DNA from: a phage | Strand: one strand, 5' to 3' | Length of the DNA stretch: 64,000 nucleotides | Sequence record: PV805633.1 | Shown: one piece after another, positions 1 through 8,102 of the stretch | Layout: every line of letters starts with the position of its first letter | How positions within the stretch are numbered: the stretch's first letter is position 1 | Notes under the pieces: model-generated | The model's input: the letters and a program-made list of their open reading frames with translations, nothing else | The model's database searches: none | Told to the model about the DNA's origin: nothing | Program-made: the position numbers and the translations under genes

Positions 1-87
1 TGACTGGGGCTACACCCTTACACTCAACCATCCCCCCCGGTATGTTGACCCTGTAGCCACTACCCTACCCCACCTTACACGTTACAC

Positions 88-100
88 GTTGCTCCGCAAC
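88..100 (+). promoter_or_regulatory. N4-type virion-RNAP early promoter hairpin (GTTGC-TCC-GCAAC)
   Basis: 5-bp GC-rich inverted repeat with 3-nt loop TCC (template loop GGA), followed by CTATGGA; same architecture recurs at 767 and 4748, all intergenic and upstream of plus-strand genes. Confidence 0.5.
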
Positions 101-143
101 CTATGGACATGTCGTCCTATCATCAACTATTGGAGCTATCATC

Positions 144-467
144 ATGACTACTACCGCTACTGTACGTATGACCGCAGGAACTCTGCTGGGTACTGTTAAC
201 TCAGCTGCTACTACTGTTGCAGATTCCTTCGGTGCTGCAACAAAAGCAGTTGGTATGCTTAATTCTTATGTAAGTACTATGGCAAAGAAACAAGCCATTC
301 GTACTAAATTAGAAATGCATACTTTCGAAAACAAATTAGCTGAAGAAACAGCTATGAACGAGACTCTTCGTAAGAAAAGTATCGAAGAATTCTGCAAAGA
401 TCCAGAAAACGCTCGTATCTACAACGCAGAATATTCAAGAATAATTGACATCCTGTCTAAAGACTAA
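144..467 (+). CDS. hypothetical early protein (107 aa)
   Basis: ORF track; SD-like TGGAG upstream; first gene after promoter hairpin. Confidence 0.6.
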   Translation: MTTTATVRMTAGTLLGTVNSAATTVADSFGAATKAVGMLNSYVSTMAKKQAIRTKLEMHTFENKLAEETAMNETLRKKSIEEFCKDPENARIYNAEYSRIIDILSKD

Positions 468-470
468 ATC

Positions 471-497
471 AATAGGAGGCTCTTCGAGCCTCCTATT
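471..497 (+). terminator. 12-bp perfect hairpin with 3-nt loop directly after ORF stop; no T-tract (possible phage-RNAP terminator or processing site)
   Basis: AATAGGAGGCTC-TTC-GAGCCTCCTATT read from sequence. Confidence 0.3.
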
Positions 498-556
498 AAG
501 GGCATTAGATAGATAGATAGTCAGTTCTGTATAAAAAGATAGGAGAGATACCTACT

Positions 557-703
557 ATGAGCAAACTAAAAAACGCATTCATGCTGATTGTCAGTGTCCT
601 TGCACTTGTTGCTATGGTTTCCGTATACATTGGAAAACCTCTGGTAAACACTGACTATGGTAATGGTCAGAAAGTAAAATCCATCCTGCTAATGGATAAG
701 TAA
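557..703 (+). CDS. small membrane protein (48 aa)
   Basis: ATG preceded by AGGAGAG; hydrophobic core MLIVSVLALVAMVSVYIG; below the 60-aa ORF-track cutoff. Confidence 0.4.
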   Translation: MSKLKNAFMLIVSVLALVAMVSVYIGKPLVNTDYGNGQKVKSILLMDK

Positions 704-766
704 AATGTCCTTGAATCTAAATCACCGTAAGAAATTCTGGATATCTTACATACCCTAAAAGACAAC

Positions 767-779
767 GACGCTCCGCGTC
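767..779 (+). promoter_or_regulatory. N4-type virion-RNAP early promoter hairpin (GACGC-TCC-GCGTC)
   Basis: Same stem-loop architecture and downstream TTATGGA as the hairpins at 88 and 4748. Confidence 0.5.
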
Positions 780-887
780 TTATGGATGATGTAAATGCAT
801 CCACTAATCATTGAAATTTTATCCTTTTGTTTGGGTGTTCTCACCGACGAGTTCACCCGTAATTCACATAAATCTGGAGAGTACAAA

Positions 888-1271
888 ATGTCTATTCAAA
901 AATTCACTTTCGGTCAATCTAACGCTGCTGCTACTTCTACTGCTAAAGCTGATAAACCTAAAGCTCAGTTCTGGCTGAACATTGGTTATGTAGCTAATGA
1001 AGGCTCTGATGATGAGAAATTCATCTCGCTGCCTACTGGTATCCCACTGGATACTCAGGAACCGCTGCCTACTAACAGCAGCAATGCTGACTTCCGTGCT
1101 ATGCGTTGTGCACAGAACGATTTGCTGGAACAGTTAATCGAATATGCTCAGAACCTGAAACCAGGTGAAGAGGGTATCATTAACCTGCAAGTTCAACTTC
1201 GTCGTGTGAAAGCAGAGGCTGCTGACATCCCAGCAGACGAGAATAAATATGCTCGTAAACTGACTTTCTAA
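888..1271 (+). CDS. hypothetical early protein
   Basis: ORF track 795..1271; start moved to internal ATG preceded by GGAGAG because the promoter hairpin lies inside the longer ORF. Confidence 0.5.
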   Translation: MSIQKFTFGQSNAAATSTAKADKPKAQFWLNIGYVANEGSDDEKFISLPTGIPLDTQEPLPTNSSNADFRAMRCAQNDLLEQLIEYAQNLKPGEEGIINLQVQLRRVKAEAADIPADENKYARKLTF

Positions 1272-1280
1272 TCAACAACT

Positions 1281-1310
1281 GGACTCCCTTCGGGGAGTCC
1301 TTTTATTTTT
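1281..1310 (+). terminator. rho-independent terminator
   Basis: GGACTCCC-TTCG-GGGAGTCC followed by TTTTATTTTT. Confidence 0.7.
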
Positions 1311-1415
1311 AACTCAGCGATAAACTAAGTAGAGTGTAATCCTACTTTTAGACGAAGAGTCACTAAAAGTTAAACGTAAACAGAAGCAGATAACTTAGAG
1401 TAAGGAGTAATCAAG

Positions 1416-1715
1416 ATGCGTACATTATGTAACCGTTATAACTCACAGAAGTTGATTGTTACGTTGCAACCTTGGGGTAGTAAGATGTCATTGGATGCTC
1501 GTTGGCAAGTGTCTGTAGAAGGCAAGAATGGCAAATGTCATGACCACTACTTCGTAGCTAAGCCTACTCGTAAACAAATCCGTAAACTTCACAAAGTACG
1601 TAAGCATTACTTACTAAGTAAATGCTACGAATGTGGCAAAAGGATAGAACTAGGTAAAGAATTTACTTTTGATGATCTCAACTATGCTCACAATAACTGC
1701 TTAGGAACTAAATAA
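1416..1715 (+). CDS. hypothetical Cys-containing protein (possible zinc-binding)
   Basis: ORF track; AAGGAG SD; CHDHY...CYECGK spacing. Confidence 0.55.
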   Translation: MRTLCNRYNSQKLIVTLQPWGSKMSLDARWQVSVEGKNGKCHDHYFVAKPTRKQIRKLHKVRKHYLLSKCYECGKRIELGKEFTFDDLNYAHNNCLGTK

Positions 1716-1817
1716 AATGACTACTCATAAAATTGTAAAAAGCTGGACTACTGAAGCTGGTTTATCTGCTGTAATCCTGCTAGTAATGATGGTTCTCACC
1801 ATTGTGGTTACGTAGCA

Positions 1818-2120
1818 TTGCCTGCTGATTTAGCAGACAAAGACTTTATTAATTATGATCCAGAAGAATCCATTTCTGTTCATGGTGGTGTTACCTATCA
1901 AGATGCACTTCCTCAATTAGAGGATAAAATCGCTATCGGTTTTGATTGTGCTCATCACGGTGACCTCATGAAATGCCCTGAGAAGTACAAAGGTACTCCT
2001 CTGGAAGGACTGCGCATGTATTCAGAAGGTGTATGGCGAGATGAGCAATATTGCACCAATGAGTGTGAGTCTATGGCTAAACAACTAATGGCAATGTTGC
2101 CTAAACAACTAGAAGGATAA
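1818..2120 (+). CDS. hypothetical protein; 5-prime end uncertain
   Basis: ORF track (TTG start, no SD); frame is open upstream to about 1755 and may join the ATG-initiated ORF at 1717 through a 1-nt frame change near a T run. Confidence 0.35.
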   Translation: MPADLADKDFINYDPEESISVHGGVTYQDALPQLEDKIAIGFDCAHHGDLMKCPEKYKGTPLEGLRMYSEGVWRDEQYCTNECESMAKQLMAMLPKQLEG

Positions 2121-2124
2121 TGCT

Positions 2125-2277
2125 ATGAAGCTACTAGCAGAGATTCTGTGTATTTTATTAATGATACTGCTGGTAGCTGCATTTCCGTGGCTATTAGCCG
2201 TAGGCATTATTATTGGTATGCTCGTAGCCGGAGCGAGTGATGCTCGTGGAAGAGATGAGCCAGGTGGGGATGTGTAA
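2125..2277 (+). CDS. small membrane protein (50 aa)
   Basis: ATG after AGAAGGA; hydrophobic LLMILLVAAFPWLLAVGIIIGMLV. Confidence 0.4.
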   Translation: MKLLAEILCILLMILLVAAFPWLLAVGIIIGMLVAGASDARGRDEPGGDV

Positions 2278-2291
2278 ATACTGTCAGAAGA

Positions 2292-2483
2292 GTGTGTACG
2301 GAGGAACCAGTGATATTCACTAACATTGAGGATGCCATTGAAGAATGTATCTTCCGTAGATATCACACTGGAGTGCAGAAAAGACACTATGGTGTTGTAC
2401 AACTCAATGGTTATCAAATGGCTGTAAGAATTGTACGTAACAATAAACCTTTTAACTTTATGTGGAGTACTAAACATGCGTAA
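2292..2483 (+). CDS. hypothetical protein (63 aa)
   Basis: ORF track. Confidence 0.4.
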   Translation: MCTEEPVIFTNIEDAIEECIFRRYHTGVQKRHYGVVQLNGYQMAVRIVRNNKPFNFMWSTKHA

Positions 2484-2607
2484 GTCATTAATCATGGGAA
2501 CCAAAGCTGACGTACAAAAGATGAAAGAGCGTCTGGCTGCTAAGCAACAGACATCTGAACCAGTACGTAAGATTGTTACCTTCAATCATCCGTGCATCAA
2601 ATAGTAA

Positions 2608-2638
2608 GGAGTCCTCCAATAGGAGGCTCCTATTTTTT
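2608..2638 (+). terminator. rho-independent terminator
   Basis: GGAGTCCTCC/AGGAGGCTCC stem followed by TATTTTTT; shares AATAGGAGGCTC with the hairpin at 471. Confidence 0.6.
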
Positions 2639-2681
2639 ATTTTTGAATAGTTAGATATGTATTTAAATAGGAGAAAGAACC

Positions 2682-2990
2682 TTGAATGAAATAGTATGCA
2701 TACTTCCACACTTAGCTAAAGTAGCTGATAGGAATATACGGATACATTTACCCTTCCCATTAAGTAACCCATTCACTCGTAATGAAAGAACCACAGTAGA
2801 GGATATAGAGGTAGCTTATGAAGCTTACCTTCGTAATCGTCTTATTAGTGGTGACAAATTAATTACAGCAGAGATGGAAAGGATTGCTGGCTTTGTCACA
2901 GATAGTACAAAGAAACCTGTTGGTTTAATTGGTACTGAATCTGATGTTAACGTTATTCGTAAAATATTAATGGAGGCATTAAGCCAATGA
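2682..2990 (+). CDS. hypothetical protein (102 aa, TTG start)
   Basis: ORF track; GGAG 8 nt upstream. Confidence 0.45.
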   Translation: MNEIVCILPHLAKVADRNIRIHLPFPLSNPFTRNERTTVEDIEVAYEAYLRNRLISGDKLITAEMERIAGFVTDSTKKPVGLIGTESDVNVIRKILMEALSQ

Positions 2991-3208
2991 TGTACTCAAA
3001 CGATTATGGTATATGCCCAGTCTGTAAGAAAGGACGTGGAGTTGCCAATCATAAGCGTTGTAGTCGTATTTTGCAGAAACAACGGAACCAGGAAGAATGG
3101 TCTAAGGTGTTGGAAAATCAGCATAAAGAAGAGAATCAACAGATGGCTGTTAGGGCATCTACTCAACGTATTCGCCGTATTAACTATATACAAGGATACC
3201 AAAAGTGA
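2987..3208 (+). CDS. hypothetical small protein with CxxC motif
   Basis: ORF track; overlapping start/stop with neighbours. Confidence 0.5.
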   Translation: MMYSNDYGICPVCKKGRGVANHKRCSRILQKQRNQEEWSKVLENQHKEENQQMAVRASTQRIRRINYIQGYQK

Positions 3209-3462
3209 TTATTACATTCCCTGTAACTAAATCATTTAACTATATGGGACAAACTATTGAAGTCCCATTATGGGTTAAATATGTAGCCTTATTGCCTCGA
3301 CCACAGAAGAGTAAGAATGCCTCACTAATTGGATTTAGTAGAAAGCCTAAGCTAACCGAAAACTGTATTTGGAAGTCTAGCGGTAGACAAGAGGAAATTG
3401 GTTTTTGTGACTATGTACCTCAACCGAATACAGTATATCTAACCCTGGAGAAAGTAGAGTGA
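3205..3462 (+). CDS. hypothetical protein
   Basis: ORF track; start/stop coupling. Confidence 0.5.
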   Translation: MIITFPVTKSFNYMGQTIEVPLWVKYVALLPRPQKSKNASLIGFSRKPKLTENCIWKSSGRQEEIGFCDYVPQPNTVYLTLEKVE

Positions 3463-3773
3463 ATAATATTGTAGTAGTACATGATAGTACATTTACTGAT
3501 GTCGATAAGATGATGCGTAATATTGATTATGTATCTCAGACCAGTAAAGCATTTAACGAAGAGTTCACTATCTATTGTGAACCAGAGTCACCACTGGTTC
3601 CTGTATTAAAGGAAGCAGGTCTACCCTTCTCTACAGAGAACTTCCCGGAGGAACCAGAGTATATGATTACATTCATATATGACTTACATGATGGCTCTCC
3701 TGCTAGTGAACTAGCTATGAACCAGTGGAGTAGTAAACGTCCTGTATATGCTTTCCAGGTACTCAAACCATGA
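3459..3773 (+). CDS. hypothetical protein
   Basis: ORF track; start/stop coupling. Confidence 0.5.
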   Translation: MNNIVVVHDSTFTDVDKMMRNIDYVSQTSKAFNEEFTIYCEPESPLVPVLKEAGLPFSTENFPEEPEYMITFIYDLHDGSPASELAMNQWSSKRPVYAFQVLKP

Positions 3774-4012
3774 TCTACGAAGAATATTATGTATTCAAAA
3801 AGGGAGATGATTTTATAGCTATGCCTAATAATTACAGGGGTTGGCATACAACTCCTGTATTAAAGGAAGCATTTTCCGTACCCAACCTGGAAGAGGTTAA
3901 TAAAGTAATGAACGGAGTAATGCTAACAAGAGGTATGGCTTACAAAATAGACGCATTAGAAGGAGCTTCTGTATGCAAAGTAACTACATCCATTGAGGTA
4001 CTTAAACCATGA
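3770..4012 (+). CDS. hypothetical protein
   Basis: ORF track; start/stop coupling. Confidence 0.5.
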   Translation: MIYEEYYVFKKGDDFIAMPNNYRGWHTTPVLKEAFSVPNLEEVNKVMNGVMLTRGMAYKIDALEGASVCKVTTSIEVLKP

Positions 4013-4389
4013 AAACTATCCCATTAGGTGATAACACCAATGCTTTGATGGGTGTATCCGCACGTCCAATTATCATTGTTAATAAACATCACGGTAAATC
4101 CGGTGAGTATATTGGACGTGGCTCACCGTTAGGCAATCCATTCGTCATTGGTAAACATGGAACCAGAGAGCAAGTAATTGCTAAGTATAAAGTCTGGCTA
4201 CAAGAACAGATTGATAAAGGTAATCCAGTTGTACTGGATGAACTTAATCGTCTTGGTAATAAAGCCATAGATGAAAAAGGATTAGCCTTACAGTGCTTCT
4301 GTTATCCAAAACCATGTCATGGTGCGGTTATTAAAGAGAAGCTAGTAAAGGCTATGTATAACTACTTTGTAGAAAATTCAAAAGGATAA
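4009..4389 (+). CDS. DUF4326-like protein
   Basis: EYIGRGSPLGNPF motif recalled from the DUF4326 family. Confidence 0.5.
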   Translation: MKTIPLGDNTNALMGVSARPIIIVNKHHGKSGEYIGRGSPLGNPFVIGKHGTREQVIAKYKVWLQEQIDKGNPVVLDELNRLGNKAIDEKGLALQCFCYPKPCHGAVIKEKLVKAMYNYFVENSKG

Positions 4390-4392
4390 TTC

Positions 4393-4743
4393 ATGAAAGA
4401 AATCTTAGTATTCACTACCAATGTACTTGGGCAGCATACCAATGCTGCTGCCAAGTTAGCTTATAAGAAGCACGGTGCACGTTGGGGCATGGCCTACGGT
4501 CATTATGGTAATAGCTTTGCCATCCCAGTAAGGGATGGCAATGGTAACCGAATTAAAGAGGGTGCTATCTATGGCTTCGTTGAAGGCTTTATTTCCTATG
4601 CATCTACTAATCCACAGTGGGATTTCAAAGTAATGGGAGATGACTATCTGGACCCATACCTGTTCAATAATGTTACTGGCAATGTACTGTTACCAGAAGC
4701 ATGGCGTAAATACTTAGGTGATGCTTACAACTACTGGTCATAA
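4393..4743 (+). CDS. hypothetical protein
   Basis: ORF track. Confidence 0.5.
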   Translation: MKEILVFTTNVLGQHTNAAAKLAYKKHGARWGMAYGHYGNSFAIPVRDGNGNRIKEGAIYGFVEGFISYASTNPQWDFKVMGDDYLDPYLFNNVTGNVLLPEAWRKYLGDAYNYWS

Positions 4744-4747
4744 GAAG

Positions 4748-4760
4748 GGTGCTCCGCACC
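4748..4760 (+). promoter_or_regulatory. N4-type virion-RNAP early promoter hairpin (GGTGC-TCC-GCACC)
   Basis: Same architecture as 88 and 767, followed by TTGTGGT; 32 nt upstream of the RNAP II small-subunit gene. Confidence 0.5.
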
Positions 4761-4791
4761 TTGTGGTAATTAAATAATTGGAGAATATGCG

Positions 4792-5610
4792 ATGTACTCA
4801 TCTATCGAACATCAGAAGCAGCTTGAAGTCCTATTCAATAAAAATCAATTACTGCCTCGCATGAGGAAGGAATTCGAGGACTCCAAAGAAATTGACTTTA
4901 AGGCATTCGCTGCCTATTTGGAAATTGATTATAAGCTGCTCATTGATGCAATGGTACAAATTGCCCTACATAAACGTGCTGACATCCAGACTATGATTGG
5001 CTCTCTCATGAGTCACTCAGATGATGCTCAGTACATCGCTGACTGTCTGTATAAGATGGCAGAGAATGACTGCTTCAACTATGACCCTACCATCGACAAG
5101 TTCGGTGTTATCTATGAGATTAGTGAAGATGTTCAGATGGAACTGGAAGCATTCCAGTATCCATTACCTATCGTAAGTGCTCCTAATCCTGTCAGAACTA
5201 ACAGGGATACTGGTTATTACCAGACTAAAGGAAGCATCATCCTCAAGAAGAACCATCATGAGATGGATGTCTGCCTTGACCACATCAACCGTATGAACAA
5301 TCAACGTCTCTGTATTAACTGGGACGTTGCTAACTATGTAAAAGACTCTCGTCCTAACATGGATAAACCCAAAGAGGGTGAAACCCGTCAGGAATATGAG
5401 AAACGTGTTAAAGCCTTTGAGAAGTACAGTCGTACAGCTAAGGAAGTAATGGAGTTAGTGACCCAAGAAGGTAATAACTTCTCACTAGGCCACAAATACG
5501 ACAAACGTGGGCGTACCTACGCTCAGGGCTATCACATTAACTATCAGGGAACCAGCTACAACAAAGCTGTTCTGGAGTTCGCTGATAAGGAGCTGGTAAA
5601 CGATGATTAA
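4792..5610 (+). CDS. phage RNA polymerase II small subunit (N-terminal part of a T7-like single-subunit RNAP; N4 gp15-like)
   Basis: KYDKRGRTYAQGYHINYQG resembles the T7 RNAP DWRGRVYAV...NPQG region; size 272 aa and position match N4 gp15. Confidence 0.65.
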   Translation: MYSSIEHQKQLEVLFNKNQLLPRMRKEFEDSKEIDFKAFAAYLEIDYKLLIDAMVQIALHKRADIQTMIGSLMSHSDDAQYIADCLYKMAENDCFNYDPTIDKFGVIYEISEDVQMELEAFQYPLPIVSAPNPVRTNRDTGYYQTKGSIILKKNHHEMDVCLDHINRMNNQRLCINWDVANYVKDSRPNMDKPKEGETRQEYEKRVKAFEKYSRTAKEVMELVTQEGNNFSLGHKYDKRGRTYAQGYHINYQGTSYNKAVLEFADKELVNDD

Positions 5611-5736
5611 TAATCGTGCAGTAGAAGACTTCTATGCTCATAGAGAGTTGGTACTGAAACGTATCAATGAAGCAATGAAACGTGAAGCAGAAGCTAAAGC
5701 TAAACGTAACCGTAAATAAATCCAAATGCGAGCCAA

Positions 5737-6185
5737 GTGGCTCAAGACGCTAAGGAATATAAAATGCAACTGTTAACCGCCCGTGAATACCTGAAAGTAG
5801 ATATCGCTAACAACTATGGCTTAGACAAAAAGACATGGGATGAGCGTATTAGCTGGTTCGATGAGAACGAAGCTAACCTGCTCAATCTGGTAGATGAAGC
5901 TGAAGAATCTGCACTGTTCTACGCAGGTGTAAACGCTTGGAAAGATATGAAAGCTGGTAAGCCTATCGGTTATGCCGTAGCTCTGGATGCTACATCATCT
6001 GGCTTGCAGTTACTGGCTTGCTTGACTGGTGATCGTTCTGCTGCTGAATTGTGTAATGTAGTTAACTACATGGGCGAGAATGGTAAGCCATTACGACGTG
6101 ATGCTTATACAGTTATCTATCACAAGATGCTGGACATCCTTGGTGAATCATCCCGTATTAAACGTAGTGATACTAAGCAGGCCGT
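5737..6185 (+). CDS. phage RNA polymerase II large subunit, exon 1 (motif A)
   Basis: LDATSSGLQLLACLTGD matches T7 RNAP motif A; frame ends 2 codons into the insertion; RIKRSDTKQAV is the first half of motif B. Confidence 0.7.
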
Positions 6186-6991
6186 TAACCTATAAGTCAT
6201 GGCGGCCTTTAAACCGGGTGAACTCATGGAACATCCCTAGTGGACAATCATGAGCCAAGTTGGTAACGTAGAAAGCTCAATAAGGAGCATTCTATGTCAG
6301 AATTCAAAACGTGCAGTCGATGTAAAGAATTACTTCCTATCGAAGTATTCCCAGAGACTAAAAAAGCAATCACAGGACTCAAGACTAATTACGAGAATCG
6401 TTGCAGACCTTGCAAGGCTGCTGCTGCTCGTGAATGGCGTAAAAATAATCCCGGTTACACTGGAACTGGGATTCTTAAGGCAATACCGGAAGAGCATCGT
6501 AATGGTATTCAGCAGTCTCACTTAGACTGAGAGATGCAAAGAGCAGATGTAAAAAGCTCGGTAAGCCTATGCCTGATTGCACAGTAGAGTACTTATTTGA
6601 AATCCTTAAATCACAGGAATTCAAATGTGCTTTAACTGGTGCAACCTTAGTAATTGAGTCGGGACATCCCTTGTGTCTATCATTAGACCAGATAGAGCCA
6701 AGCAAGGGATATAGTATTGATAATGTTCAATGGTTAGCTTGGTGTGTAAACCGAGCAAAGGGTGACCTTTCTACCAATGACTTTATTGATATGTGTGATG
6801 CTGTTTTGAATAACCAAAAGGTGCAGAGACTATCGAAAAGCAGCGTAAGCTGAACTTAGTAGAGTAGGCCCAAGTGGGTCGAAGCGCCCGGCTAGACTAA
6901 TAGTCTAGATGATATAGTCCGAACTCACTGGTAACAGTGAGATGCAGGTAAAGCTGCTGGGGAAGATTAACGACCTTCCTTGAACATAATG
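6186..6991 (+). mobile_element. putative group I intron carrying an HNH homing endonuclease
   Basis: Splits motif B; exon 1 ends in T, intron ends in G; GCGGCC guide sequence about 16 nt in pairs with the exon end GGCCGT with U-G at the splice site; P7-like AGACTA/TAGTCC and S-like GATGATATAGTCCG; internal ORF has its own AAGGAG SD. Confidence 0.6.
6294..6853 (+). CDS. HNH-family homing endonuclease, disrupted by a 1-nt frame change near 6500-6510
   Basis: N-terminal CSRCK...CRPCK zinc ribbon (ORF 6294..6530); C-terminal LRLRDAKSRCKKLGKP...CALTG...SLDQIEP..GYSIDNVQW..CVNRAKG in another frame (open from 6503, ORF 6569..6853). Confidence 0.55.
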
Positions 6992-7787
6992 TATGACTGC
7001 ATTCTATGGTTCAGAAGCCAAGCCTAAAGAAGTATTCGGTGAAGGTATTCGTCTCAAGACTTTTGAGAATGTAATGGAAACAGTTGCTAGTGGACCTTGG
7101 GCACTGAACAAGTTCTTACTGCAATGTGGTGACCCGGATGCTAACCGTTACGTATGGATACTGCCTGACAACTTCCATGCTGTCATTAAGGTCATGGTTC
7201 CAGAAGTACAGACTGTTAACTTCTTAGGTAAGCCATTCGACATCACTCGTATGGTTCAGGGTACTGAAGATAAGACTCGTATGCTCTCTGCTAACATCAC
7301 CCACTCTATTGATGGAATGGTGGTACGTGAGATGCTACGTCGTTGTAACTTCAACATGAACCAAGTGAACTATGTTAAGCCCCTCTGTGAAGGAACCAGT
7401 GAGTATATGCTGGGTACTAGCGAGAACTACGACATGGTTAGTCAACTGTGGCATAACTATGAGAAATCAGGATTCCTGTCTACCCGTATCTTTGATTATC
7501 TGGATTCTGACTCAATTAAACTGGTTGATACAGATGTAATCATGGCTATGCTTAATACCATGCCTAAGAAACCATTCCCTGTAATGACCGTACATGACTG
7601 CTTCCGTTGCCACCCTAACTACGGTAATGACTTGCGTCGTCAGTACAATCAGATTCTGTCTGACATTGCTAAGAGTGATCTACTGGGCTTCATCCTGTCT
7701 CAGGTACTGAGACAAGAGTTCTCTGCTGGTAAGCTGGATGACAGCCTCTGGCAGGACATCCTTGAAACGGATTATGCATTAAGTTAA
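6992..7787 (+). CDS. phage RNA polymerase II large subunit, exon 2 (motifs B and C)
   Basis: MTAFYGSEAKPK matches T7 MTLAYGSKEFG; VHDCF matches T7 motif C IHDSFG; exon 1 + exon 2 = about 414 aa, close to N4 gp16. Confidence 0.7.
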
Positions 7788-7794
7788 TAAACTG

Positions 7795-7829
7795 GCCTCA
7801 TACCTTCGGGTATGGGGCTTTTATTTTTT
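7795..7829 (+). terminator. rho-independent terminator
   Basis: GCCTCATACC-TTCG-GGTATGGGGC followed by TTTTATTTTTT. Confidence 0.7.
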
Positions 7830-7831
7830 GC

Positions 7832-8029
7832 TTGGAGGTAGTCAACATGACAGACATCTATGATGTTATTACTAAAACTGTACTGATAGTTTTATCTGCT
7901 ATTGTGGTATTCACTATAGCCAATGTTCATAAATCCAAGTTTTCCTATTGCTACTATGGGGCATATTCTGCCGGATGTTTTGTATTAGCCGGTTGGATAG
8001 CTTACTGGATTTACCACATCAACAACTAG
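7832..8029 (+). CDS. small membrane protein (65 aa)
   Basis: ORF track; two hydrophobic segments. Confidence 0.5.
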   Translation: MEVVNMTDIYDVITKTVLIVLSAIVVFTIANVHKSKFSYCYYGAYSAGCFVLAGWIAYWIYHINN

Positions 8030-8056
8030 CCACCCTCATGGGTGGCTTTCTTTTTA
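8030..8056 (+). terminator. rho-independent terminator
   Basis: GCCACCC-TCAT-GGGTGGC followed by TTTCTTTTT. Confidence 0.65.
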
Positions 8057-8102
8057 TCAGCCTTCATAATGATTAGGCATATTTACCTAAGAGGATACAT
8101 AC

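Noticed and set aside
2109-2585. 158-aa minus-strand ORF in the early region
   Set aside because: Antisense to several compact plus-strand genes and a plus-strand small membrane ORF; low-complexity sequence; no SD
5737-7787. Intein or simple two-subunit split as explanation for the RNAP II interruption
   Set aside because: The insertion has in-frame stops, an independently initiated endonuclease ORF and nucleotide-level group I features; a simple split with separate translation cannot be excluded from sequence alone
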